Counted from the first letter of the stretch, positions 13,567 through 25,117 are shown. The stretch: 64,000 nt of DNA from Octopus bimaculoides (GCF_001194135.2 NC_068991.1:52489497-52553496), one strand, 5' to 3'. Translations and numbers: made by a program. Notes: generated from the sequence alone by a model not told the origin.

Positions 13567-13612
13567 GAAACCTGATGAAGGCTAGAGGGTATATCAGCCG
13601 AAACGTTGTGTT
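13567..13612 (+). ncRNA. Minimal type I hammerhead ribozyme motif (PLE-type)
   Basis: GAAAC-CTGATGA-A-GGCT(agagggtatatc)AGCC-GAA-ACGT-T-GTGTT: intact core, 4-bp stem II, palindromic stem III (ACGT), stem I with one mismatch; predicted cut after 13607. Confidence 0.75.
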
Positions 13613-13859
13613 AACAACAAACAAAATGAGGACAAATATCCGTCAAATGGAAATAATGTACATAATACATTCTTAAATATAGAATTGAAGAAGATTATAT
13701 TACAACAATTATAAACTAGCAATCAGTGACAATTTGACAACCCTGAAACTCAATTTTGTCCTATCAAATTTCTTGAAATATCAATTACCTTGCAAAGTAA
13801 CAAACCCAAGTGCTAAAAAATTTTATATTTGAAACCACTTTTTTTTTCTGTTTCCCTTT

Positions 13860-16330
13860 CTGCTATTGCAGAGAATCAGCGAATTCATCAAAAGGTTAAG
13901 ATGGAAAGCATTTTATTATGATTCAGGTGGGAAACACTTGAATAACAAACTGGATAATTTATGACATGAAAACCTACAGACCTCCCCCCCCCCCCCCACC
14001 TCACAATCCCGCACAACTGAAACTAGAAAAAGACCTCATTAACATGGTGAACAAACTGAAATTCTCAAGAACTACAAACCACATCCAGAAGAAATTAACT
14101 GACATTATCTCTCAAATAAAAAATTTTGATAACATACATGTTCTTCTGATAAAAGAGTAAACCTTTATTCACTACCTACCGATGCCTATAATACCTTTAT
14201 CTTGAAAGAATTGAACTCTAAATATAAAATAGTGGCCAATAATAGACTGAATGAAATTAATAAGAAACGTTCCAATTTAATTAAGAAGCTAAAACTGCCA
14301 AATAGAACTGAACTCTATGCCCCTAAAATTCCACATTTCACTTTTAAGGACAACAAAGCTAACTTCGAGAACAAACTTACCGTTAGGCTAATCTGCCCAA
14401 TCAAATCGGGTTTGGGCAGGATTAGTAAGTCTATCATTGATAGAATCATCCCTCATGTTAAAAGAAACATGAACCTCCCACTTTGGATATCCACAGGAGG
14501 TGTTATAACCTGGTTTTGTTCTTTAAATAACAAAAAGAAAACCCATTTTATTCAATTAACTACTACCAATCCATTAAGCCTGATTTACTTGACAAAGCAA
14601 TTAATTTTGCAGAAAAGTTTACTAGTATTACACCATTATTGAAAATATCATCCTTACCACAAGAAAAACACTGATATCCTTCAAAAATAGGACATGATCT
14701 GACCTTCATGACGACTTTGATGTTACAATGGGAAGCTCAGATTTTGCCCAGGTCATAGACATTGTTGGCCTATTTCTACTCGCAAAAATTAAGGAAGAAT
14801 TCCCTAATATCAATGGGGGCCTGTATAGAGACGATGTTTTATTCACCATATCTAGATCCTCTGCACAAGCAACTGATAGCATAAGGAAAAGATTAATTAA
14901 ATTTTTTAAATTACACCATTTGGATATTATATTTGTAAATGTCACTAAATGTGTGAACATATTGGATGTAACATTAAATCTGGATAACGGCTTATTCTAT
15001 CCCCACCACAAGCCTAACAAAACTATCAAGTATATCCACGCCTTATCAAATCATCCCCAAAGTGTCATTAAGGGTATGATCAAAGGTGTATCAATAAGGA
15101 TATCTAATTTATCTGCAAACGAAAAGATCTTCAATGATTTTGCACCTCTTTACAACACAGCACTAAAAGACAGTGGATTTTATAGAAAAATATATTATAT
15201 TAAAAACACAATATCCATCAAATGTAAATAATGTAAATAATGTAAAAACACAATATTTAAAAACAAATTAGGCAAACTTGTGAATTCAAACATCAACACA
15301 CCTCCCATGAACAACAACCCCACCGAATATAGAAACCAACAACACTTTAGAAGATACTATAGTTTATTCAATTTTATATAACAATAACTATACTGGGCAG
15401 AATAGGAACAACTCAGGGAGGAGAAGAGAAATTATATGGTTCACACCCCACTTATCCCTCCAGGTAAGAAACCTCCCTAAGTTATTTTTTAGCATTATCA
15501 ATAGGAACTTCCCTAATATGAAGAACAATAAGAACCCTAATATTAAAAATAGAAAGACTAAACCTGGAAATAAAACAAATAAAACATGTAACTGTCGTAA
15601 TAGGGAGCTTTGTCCCCTAAAAGGTTTCTGCTTAAGAAGAAATGTCATGTATAAAGTCTCAACCCTTAATGAACCTAAAAACATTTACACAGGTAGTACA
15701 ACTGATTTTAAAATTAGATATAGGGTGCATACAAACTCATTCACTAACCACGAAACTAAAAATTCAACCACACTAGCTACCCACATCAATAAATTAAAAA
15801 TGCACAATAAAGAATTCAGTCTGGATTGGTTTATAACAGAATCCACACCATATAATACACACACGAAAAATTGCAATTTATGCACGAAGGAGGTGGTCCA
15901 CATAATCCATGCCAACAAAAATAGCTTACTTAATAAGATATCTGACATCATAATTATCTGTAGACATAAATATCTTTCAACTTTTAAATTCTTCCCCCAA
16001 AATAATTAGCCTATAGGATCCTAATCTAGCCATCCTTTATATTATGGACTCTTCTTAAAATATCATTATATATAGCATCGTAATATACCTTAACCTGTAA
16101 TTTTAATTATATCATCTGCATGTAGAGTATGGTTTGACTAAACATTCATTTTTCAAAAAATTTTCAAACCTCTCATATCTCTTAAAATTTTAACTCTCTG
16201 AATCCCTTAACTTGATGAGAGAAGTATAGAAACTGCTATGGTTGGAGTTAGCTCATCCATATCAACCTATATCTTCTTGAAACAGCCGTAAGATTTTGTA
16301 CCTATTTTATACTAACTCTCTTATCTACCC
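13860..16330 (+). mobile_element. Penelope-like element (RT + C-terminal GIY-YIG), decayed
   Basis: EFIKRLRWKAF N-terminal motif; RT with GSSDFAQVIDIVG and LYRDD (14824-14835); GIY-YIG/Zn region CNCRNRELCPLKGFC...VMYK...IYTGSTTDFKIRY...CNLC..CRH (15518-16009). Several stops and frameshifts. Confidence 0.92.
16206..16296 (+). ncRNA. Hammerhead-like motif in PLE 3' terminal repeat, long branched stem II
   Basis: TTGATGA (16212-16218), GAGAAGTATAG pairing with CTATATCTTCTT, GAA-ACAGCCGT-A (near-palindrome ACAGCTGT, GUA triplet), then AGATT; located ~200 nt after the ORF stop. Confidence 0.6.
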
Positions 16331-16785
16331 TCCTCACTGATTCTAATACAGACATTCAGACTTCACAAGTACATCTATGCATTTATATGTATGTATTTAT
16401 ATATTTATGAATTTTTAAATATTTATAAATCTTCGCATTTATAGGTGTTTATAAATTCTTATAAATTTTTATCATATCTCATATATGTATCTATGTATAT
16501 TGTATACTGTGGAGAATTTCGATAATTTGAAATGAGTTGAATGAATATATACACCGACCTTTGAAATTTGTTTCTCTGCTTCTTAATCTTATATTCCTGA
16601 AGCTCCTCATAAAATGTAACATAGCTCAAGTTATTATAAATGCCAGACCCTAACTAGCTTTCACAGTTTCTATTGTAGGCCTATGGAGTCAATACTTCAT
16701 CACAAAGAATATTTTCTCCAGAGACAAAAACAGTGTAGTGGTGATTATATATATCTATAAATATGTATGAGTGTTTGTATGTATG

Positions 16786-16816
<31 letters not shown>

Positions 16817-17149
16817 GTATGTATGTATGTATGTATGCATGCATGCATGTATGTATATGTATGTATGTAGATATATATATGTGTGTATGTATATCTGTAT
16901 ACAAGTAATATATGCATGTGATGGATTCTCTTGTTGATTCCAATATATAGGGATCAAATAGATTTTTCTTTTCTTTGTTTTCCTTTCACTTCTGAAGTTT
17001 CTCGTGAGACTTTAAGCCAGCCAATGATTCACAGACAACAGACAAGTTCATGAATTAGCCATAAGAGAAGACTGTTAAACAAAATAGTTCTTTTAGATTA
17101 TTGAAACAGCTTAATTCATAAGTTTATTCTGTATTTATAGCTAGTTAGC

Positions 17150-17745
17150 TTCCATTTGTTGAGAATCAATGCAGTTTTTTTCATGTGTTTCAGGGGGAAT
17201 CTTTGTAATTTTCTGGTTAATTTTGAACTTATCCTTCTTCCTTAGCCATGCTTTTGGCTATGCTTCTCCTTCCATCATGGAGCTGGCTATACATTACATG
17301 ACCAATCCATCTTAATTGAGATCACAAAAGAAAAGAGTCAGTGCCACCAATTGTACATTTAGAGTATAGGAGAGTATTGTAGTTCGCTTGAAGCATTGTG
17401 TATTGTTTGTAAAGAATAAAATGTTTAGAATGGTATAACAATGCACTATAGAACAAAAAATGGACTATGTACCTGTTGTAATTTGGTTATCTATAGTCCG
17501 ATGATATTTCAGAATTACAATTCCTTCTCCAGATCTTCTTTGCTGGAGTCTCCATTCTAAATTTTTTTATTCTTTAGAGTATAGTTCAGTATTCAAAATT
17601 TTGTCATTCAGGTTGTATCCACAAATGTTCCAAAGACAGAGCTGATGAAAGACATCAAGCTGGTTGATATGGGATCAATAGGGTACCCAGGATTCTGATC
17701 CATACAGGAGAGAAGAAAGGACTATAGTATGGTAAACATTAATTT
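17150..17745 (-). mobile_element. BovB-like RTE LINE 3' coding remnant
   Basis: LSSLLYGSESW..HINQLDVFHQLCLWNICG and SQLRWIGHV..YSQLHDGRRS. Confidence 0.8.
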
Positions 17746-17834
17746 TGGGGTGGAATTCTGCTTTAAGCACCCCATTTAACCCCTCATAACTTTTATATTT
17801 TTTTGGTATTTAAGAAAATTCTCTCTAAGGCTGA

Positions 17835-18073
17835 TAGTAAAGTAAAGTTTCTTCCTGAGTCATAAGGGCCAGTTTTCATGGCATACATATTCCCCACCTG
17901 GATGGGACACCAGTCTGTCATAGTATTACTCATCTTTGCTAGCTGAGTGAACTAGAGCAATGTGAAATGAAGTGTTTTGTTCAAGAACACAACACATCAC
18001 CTAGTCCAGGAATTGAAACCACAATCTTACAATCATGAGTCCAGCACACTAACCACTAAGCTATGCACCTCCA
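17835..18073 (-). mobile_element. SINE family E
   Basis: tRNA-like head on minus strand (gcttagtggttagtgtgctggactcatga...gtttcaattcctgg); matches 46472-46528 + 47642-47825. Confidence 0.75.
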
Positions 18074-18515
18074 CTCTAATGCTAATGTTAAGACGGAGTA
18101 TTACTCACATTAGAGAAAAGAGTAACAATCTCCTGTGATTCATAAAGAGATGTCACATCAAGAGCAGCAGCAACAGTGAGCAAGAAGTCACATACCTTTG
18201 TCATTCAGATAATTGTTTTGGCTTTACTTATAAAACTCCTACATATATATAACGTATACCTATATGTTATCAAATTGTAGTTATTTTTGGTGAAAGTACA
18301 ATCAAAAGCTACTGTACCCAACTCACTGTCTTGGATTATGCTTAAGAGTTTCTGTCTGACAGCAGGATTCTCTGTATAGTAGAGTCACTCAACTAATGAA
18401 CCACTACACCAGTTATTCATAAACTTAGTGATTTATGACACAAAAGTTATAGAAATCTTATACATACATACATATATATATATATGTATATATAAGTATG
18501 TATACAATATATATA

Positions 18516-20290
18516 TCATCATCATCATCATCATCGTCGTTTAACGTCCGCTTTCCATGCTGGCATGGGTTGGATGATTTGGCTCAGGACTGGCGAACCA
18601 AATGGCTGCACCAGGCTCCAATCTGATCTGGCAGAGTTTCTACAGCTGGATGCCCTTCCTAACACCAACCACTTCAAGAGTGTAGTGGGTGCTTTTACGT
18701 GCCACCAGCACGATGGCCAGTCAAGCAGTACTGGCAACGGCCACACTCAAATGGTGTTTTTTGCGTGCCACCTGCACAGGACCCAGTCCAGCAGCACTGG
18801 CAACAACCTTGCTCAAATATTTTTTCACGTGCCACCAGCACAAGTGCCAGCAAGGCAACGCTGGTAACGATCACACTCGAATGGTGCTTTTTACGTGCCA
18901 CCAGCACAGAAGCCAGTCAGCTGCTCTAGCAACAATCACGCTCGGATAGTGCACAGATACCAGGCATCGAATTTCATTTCGATTTCAATTTCACTTGCTT
19001 CAATAGGTCTTCACAAGCAGAATTTAGTGTCCAATGAAGGAAAGGTATGCATAAGTTGGCCGGTTACACCCCTGGCATAGGCCATGGGTTATGGTCTCAC
19101 TTGGCTTGCTGGTTCTTCTCAAGAACAGCATATTTCCCAAGGTCTCGGTCACTAGTCATTGCCTCGGTGAAGCCTAATGTTCGAAAGATGATGCTTCACC
19201 ACCTCATCCCAGGTCTTCCTGGGCCTACCTCTTCCACAGGTTCCCTCAACTGCTAGGGTGTGGCACTTTTTCACACAGCTATCCTCATACATTCTCGCCA
19301 CATGACCATACCAGCACAGTCATATCTCTTGCACACCACATCTGATGCTTCTTAGGTCCAACTTTTCTCTCAAAGTACTTACACTCTGTTGAGTATGCAC
19401 ACTGACATTACACATCCAGCGGAGCATACTGACTTTATTCCTTGCAAGCTTACACATATCCTCAGCAGTCCATGGCCCATGTTTCAATTCCATGTAGCAT
19501 GGCTGTTCGTACACATGAATCATACAGTCTACCTTTTACTCTGAGCGAGAGGCCCTTTGTCACCAGCAGAGGTAGGACATCTCTGAACTTTGCCCAGGTG
19601 ATTCTTGTTCTAGCAGCTACACTTTCAGTGCATCCACCCCCACTACTGATTTGGTCACCTAGGTAATGGAAACAATCAACTACTTTCAGTTTTTCTCCCT
19701 GGAATGTGGCAGAAGTTGTTCTCTGCACATATTCAGTGTTTATTGCCCCTGAGCATCTGCCACATGCAAAAACTAACTTCCCAGTTAGCTTTCCTTTCAT
19801 ATTGCTGCACTTCTTATGTGTCCATAGCTTACACTAGGTACATCTTATGGAGTTCCTACCTACGCCTTTTCTACAGATCGAGCAGGGCCATCTACCTGAA
19901 GGGATTTGTGGTTTGTCTGCCATCCTACTTATTAAGACTTTGGTTTTAGCTAGGTTGACTCTAAGGCCCTTCGATTCTAATCCTTGCTTCCACACCTGAA
20001 ACTTCTCCTCTAGTTCTGATAGTGACTCAGCAATTAGAGCAAGGTCATCAGCATAGTGGAGCTCCCAGGGGCTTCCTGTCTTGAATTCCTCTGTTTTAGC
20101 TTGGAGGACTATGATAAATAGGAGGGGGCTGAGGACTGAACCTTAGTGAACCCCTACCTCTACCTGGAATTCTTCACTGTACTTGTTGCCAACCCTCACC
20201 TTACTGACAGCATCCCTGTACATAGCTTGCAAAGCTCTCACTAACCATTCATCTATCCCTAGTTTCTCTCAATCCTCTTTTGTACACAAC
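18516..20290 (-). mobile_element. RTE-clade LINE, 5'-truncated, with 3' UTR and (GAT)n tail
   Basis: RT fragments WELHYADDL (one substitution from YADD), CFHYLGDQISSGGGC, RLYDSCVRTAMLHG.ETW; tail of (CAT)n on + at 18516. Confidence 0.92.
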
Positions 20291-20450
20291 CTTGCAATCT
20301 GCAATACCTCTCCTGCTTATCCTCATGCTGCAAAATGTGCAAACCTCTTACTTTGGCTTCTGCTTTTGCTAAATATACCTGACATCAGTGTCTCTTCTAG
20401 ATATTTCATATTATTGTGTGTGTGTGTGTGTTTTTGCATGGGTATTGATA

Positions 20451-20664
20451 TACAAGGTGACCACAAAGTCTGGACACAGGCAAAAATAGGATGGCATGCA
20501 TTAAAAGTACCTGTTCTTTGTCAATATGATCATCTCTTGCATCCACTGAGTAGTATCAATTGAATTCTTTCTCCTTTGGACAAACTCATATTCAATTTGC
20601 AGTAGGAAAGCTCAAAAATTTTAGTGATATTTCCCATGTATCTAGACTTTATGATCACCCTGTA
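20451..20664. mobile_element. Tc1/mariner-type MITE (~210 bp)
   Basis: TA|CAAGGTGACCACAAAGTCTGGACAC ... GTATCTAGACTTTATGATCACCCTG|TA. Confidence 0.75.
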
Positions 20665-22155
20665 TAAGCTCACATACTTACATTTATTATCATGCGTTCA
20701 ACCTTAATGTATAACTAGACCTTAACAGGCATTAATGTTATTCATTTACATATCACTAGTCATTGGCAGTGTGTATGTGTATAGGTTTTTGTGGATGAGT
20801 TGACATACGTTACACTTTAATGTATGTTTAATAAAAACAATTAACCTTGCTTTTTTTAGCAGACCTTGTCACTAATATACAACTCTCTCTCTCCAGAACA
20901 AACCTCTAAAGAATTGCTCAATTAGTTTCATTGGTGTTTCATTAGGAATGTTCATTCATGTCACCTGTCATAGTGCAAGAACTAACCATATACTTATGAA
21001 AAAATACAATGAGTAACAGGAGCCAATTTAACTAACTTTCATAACAGTACATTCACTGCTAGGGTACATTAAGAACTTAAGAACTGACACTGTATTTCTG
21101 TAAATAAATTGTGAATATGTGAACGTATGTTTGACAAATGATAACGCCAATAACTAGTTAAATATTCTTTGGGTCATTTGTCCCGAAGAAAGGTCTCTCG
21201 TGTTTAAATTACAGGATCAATATTTAGGTTGAATATTTGTTAATTTGTTAATTGTATAAATGTTAACTTATTTTACAATTCATACACACTACTATATAAA
21301 CGTCAACGACTATACTGATTAAAAATATGACAGCGAGGAAGACCCCTAAACCATCGAGGTTGTTGTGATATTTAAAAGTACATGTCTCAATACTTTATGT
21401 TCATTATTAATACCCCCTGCCAGTGAATGTACTGATGTGTAACGGAGTAAAATCGGCGCCCGTTCTATTATTTTTCATAAGCTGTCAGCTGTTATACTCT
21501 GTAGGATAAATACAAGTAGACACTTTCGAAGACATAAACAACCAGTCAAAACTAGTCGAGACGTTCTCAGTTTCGTCCTGAAGGCTTTATTTATACCTTG
21601 AGGTTGAATAATTAAACATACGTGGTGAACAATTTATCCTCGCATACACTGTCTCTGCGCTTTATATAATATATATATATATATATANNNNNNNNNNNNN
21701 NNNNNNNNNNNNNNNNNNNNNNNNNNNNNNNNNNNNNNNNNNNNNNNNNNNNNNNNNNNNNNNNNNNNNNNNNNNNNNNNNNNNNNNNNNNNNNNNNNNN
21801 NNNNNNNNNNNNNNNNNNNNNNNNNNNNNNNNNNNNNNNNNNNNNNNNNNNNNNNNNNNNNNNNNNNNNNNNNNNNNNNNNNNNNNNNNNNNNNNNNNNN
21901 NNNNNNNNNNNNNNNNNNNNNNNNNNNNNNNNNNNNNNNNNNNNNNNNNNNNNNNNNTATATATATATACATACACGTGAGTGGTCTAAGAGATTATAAG
22001 TGAAGGGAAAGATACACTCGTATATCTGTCAGTAAAGTGGTTATATTATTATCCGAAAAGTATATACTATAGCCGTGATGGATATTTAATACTATACTTT
22101 TCGGATAATATATATATATATATATATGCATACATATATATACATATATATATAT

Positions 22156-22196
<41 letters not shown>

Positions 22197-22776
22197 TGCA
22201 TATACAAACATAGGTAGCTTGATCGATCGATAGATAGATAGATGGACATAGACGTATATACACAAACACACACGCGACATGTGTGCGCAGTTAATCTACG
22301 TAACGCATGTGCTTTGTCGTTACTGGATATTCTCTTTAAGGTCGCGGTTGAAGTTTTAATAAGTAGGGATTGACTGTAGATTATGCCCTGTTTATCAGAT
22401 TTTACTATTTCCTTAACTTATGTAGTTTCCATGCATGCGAGTAAGGTGATTATATGTCTAACTTGTGAACTAACATCACATTTAACTTGCAGCTGCTAAT
22501 AATCACTAAACTGACAGGTTGTTAGAAAATGTGTATAACTATATAACTGTCTATACGCCTCATGAGTTATGTATGCAGTCAGGGAGGGGTTAAACGAAGA
22601 ACGAATGCTTAAATAAACACACGCACACAGAAGAGAAAAACGCATTTAAAAAATCTAATGTGAGAGGAATTCTAAAATTTATTGCCAGAAATCTGTAACA
22701 TCCTTATTCGTCAAGAGATGAGTAAATAGATTTCTGTCGATGTGTTAATTTTTGCTGTTACATTGTTAATTAAATA

Positions 22777-22821
<45 letters not shown>

Positions 22822-23419
22822 GAACGGGCGTACATTTTTGTGTTATATATATATATATGCTCAAATTAATGTAGGCATACATTAATATTTTCATAAATTA
22901 TGATTACCGAAATCTCGATGAAGAAACCTCAATTCAGCGATACATTTAATTCTATTCACAGATCATGTTGCGTTTATCTACATTTATACTGAAAATATAA
23001 TTTGAATACCTGATAATTCGACTCGCAAAATAAATACCGATACATTAGCAAAACGAATGCAGAAGAATTTAAATAAAAAGACTAAACATCAAACGCTGGT
23101 TTTATGTCACAGTAACTTAATGTAGTTAGAAAACGCAAAAGAAAATATGATCCTTAATCTATAATACCTTTAAATACTGTTATGGTTCTAGAATATTGTG
23201 AGAAGCTGATGTCTAGTTATGCAATATATTTGTTGTATTATCGTTAGCATATCTCTTATTTAAATATTGCAATTAATTTTACGCCAGTAGTGTATAGAAC
23301 TTTAATATAATATATATGACGTTGAAAATAAACCGACAAGGATATTATTTTGTGATTAATACCTATTTTTAGGGTTAATATCGATGAATGAAATTAAAAG
23401 AGAAACACAGGACATTGGA

Positions 23420-23826
23420 CTGAAGATGGAGATTAAACCCCCACCACTTCCGGTAAATACTGAATTATCTGCCCCTGTTTCTTGTTAATCCAGAATTATT
23501 CCTCATTATTCCACAGAACAACTGATGTTGCTTAGATAATGAGACTACTGCTGCTGATGGATAATATTTATTAATTAAACGCAGAAATATTATATTTACA
23601 CAAACTACAACATTAATTATTATAGTTTTTGTTTGAAATATTCATTAAAGAAATCTGTCTTTGCTATGATGCGCATGTCCGGAAATTGTGGTTGACAGGT
23701 TCCAGTGGTAATTTTAGGTTCCAGAATGTCTTCTTGTGTCATGAAACCTAAACAGAGAAATATGAAAGAAAAACAAATACGTGATTGATAGCAGATTAAT
23801 TATATTTGGATATTACAGTTTTAGCA
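23420..23826. promoter_or_regulatory. Putative core promoter / 5' leader of the kinase gene
   Basis: ETS/GABP-type sites ACTTCCGGT (23446-23454) and CCGGAAAT (23679-23686) in opposite orientation, NRF1-like half site TGCGCATG (23670-23677), YY1-like CCATCTT on the minus strand (23423-23429), in a CpG-retaining region just upstream of the ATG. Confidence 0.45.
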
Positions 23827-23925
23827 ATGTGTGCAGCTCCTGTTGAAATATTACGAAGAAATCCTCAAGAAGATTTCGAACTTATTCAGCGCGTCGGAAG
23901 TGGAACGTACGGTGATGTTTATAAG
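23827..23925 (+). CDS. MAP4K3: MAP4K3/MAP4K5-like (GCK-I, happyhour) Ser/Thr kinase, coding exon 1
   Basis: Translates [33 protein letters not shown] ([13 protein letters not shown] + GxGxYG loop typical of MAP4K3/5). In-frame TAA upstream at 23797; donor AAG|GTTAGT at 23926, phase 0. MAP4K3 vs MAP4K5 orthology cannot be resolved here. Confidence 0.93.
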
Positions 23926-25070
23926 GTTAGTCTTGTTCAGTTTCTCACTTACAAAAAAAAAAAAAAAAAAAAAACGTTTATCATTGACGACGGTATATCA
24001 CGGTGGAAATCTTATTAAACCTAACCAGGAAGACTGGCAATTTATAATCTGCTTTAATTGTTATGTTTTAAAATGTTTTGTGTCAAGTGTCACATTAAAC
24101 AGTTATACATCTATAGAATGGCAATATTTTTATGAAAGGTTTCTTTTGTTTATATATCCGATTCCATAATGTTTCTCAGAATCTAACGATGAATAATGCC
24201 TTTTCCATTTTGTTTTATCCTTGCCAACATGAAGAAATAACCAAAAGCTTGTATATTATATATATTTACGTGCTAGATACACCCAAATATATTTAAAACA
24301 TAGTGGATTGACACGCAATGTTACTGATTATTATCTTACCCAAACTGAAGACAATTTTATTTATTTATATACATATTTTTTTTTTGTTTTTCAAAGCAGC
24401 TAACTGTTATTTTGATTACTCTAATTACAAACCTCCTGTTTTATTAACATTAACATTATTTCTCTTACAAGATTGTTGTAAACTGATGAAATGTTATTAG
24501 TTGTTCTATTAGATTGACTAAAATGTCATTCAGCTATTGCGACTCATTTACACAACGTATTCTCTATTCTCTCACTAAATTCTTCTCATCTCAACTTTGT
24601 TGTGTAGTTACTTCACATTTTTTTAAATATTCAGTTATTCATCAATTATTTTAAAATATTAAGATTAAAATCATCGTTGTTGTCTTAGTTTTTATAATAA
24701 ATAATAAACAGGTCGTTTCTCTCACATTGCAGCATCTGAATTCCATTTGTGTCTCTAAAGACGTCTGTAGTCGTTTCTAAAAATGTAGGGTATAAAACTG
24801 ATGCTAAGCATCGAGTTAGTTTAATGAGACATTTTGTCTTTTGTAATCTGGGTGTTATTCTAATATAATAAGCGACCTCTTTCTTGTCAATTGTCTTTCA
24901 AAATGATTTATTTTGTTTCTTGTGCCATTAAAGGACATCAGAATCATCTTTCCTCATCATTGAACTCTATGGGTAGAAAATATTTCTACTACTTAATTTA
25001 TCCTCACAATACGAAACTTATGACGTAGGAAATAGAAAATTACAAAATGAATGATTCAGAAGTGCTAGTG

Positions 25071-25117
<47 letters not shown>

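Larger units (their letters stand above)
13116..13687. mobile_element. Spacerless head-to-head palindrome: two arms of tRNA-like head + (AAT)n + hammerhead-bearing pLTR-like tail
   Basis: Centre CATATGCCCA|TGGGCATATG at 13370/13371; arms match as reverse complements from ~13116 to ~13665. A box TGGCATAGTGG and B box GTTCGATTCC in the heads; 7 mismatches in 77 nt between the two heads. Confidence 0.88.

Noticed and set aside
13790-13871. Possible intron in the PLE 5' region (polypyrimidine tract + CAG)
   Set aside because: The supposed acceptor region translates as LLLQRISEFIKR, fitting the coding consensus; donor is weak.
17612-17698. Apparent + strand terminal exon VVSTNVPKTELMKDIKLVDMGSIGYPGF*
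   Set aside because: It is the antisense of an RTE remnant (LLYGSESW...HQLCL) on the minus strand.
18690-18960. Repeat-spacer-like array as CRISPR
   Set aside because: Whole units are homologous, they are part of a LINE 3' UTR, the context is eukaryotic and no cas genes are present.
21407-21478. Minus-strand peptide MKNNRTGADFTPLHISTFTGRGY with ankyrin-like TPLH
   Set aside because: Only 23 codons, weak donor, and no in-frame downstream exon found.
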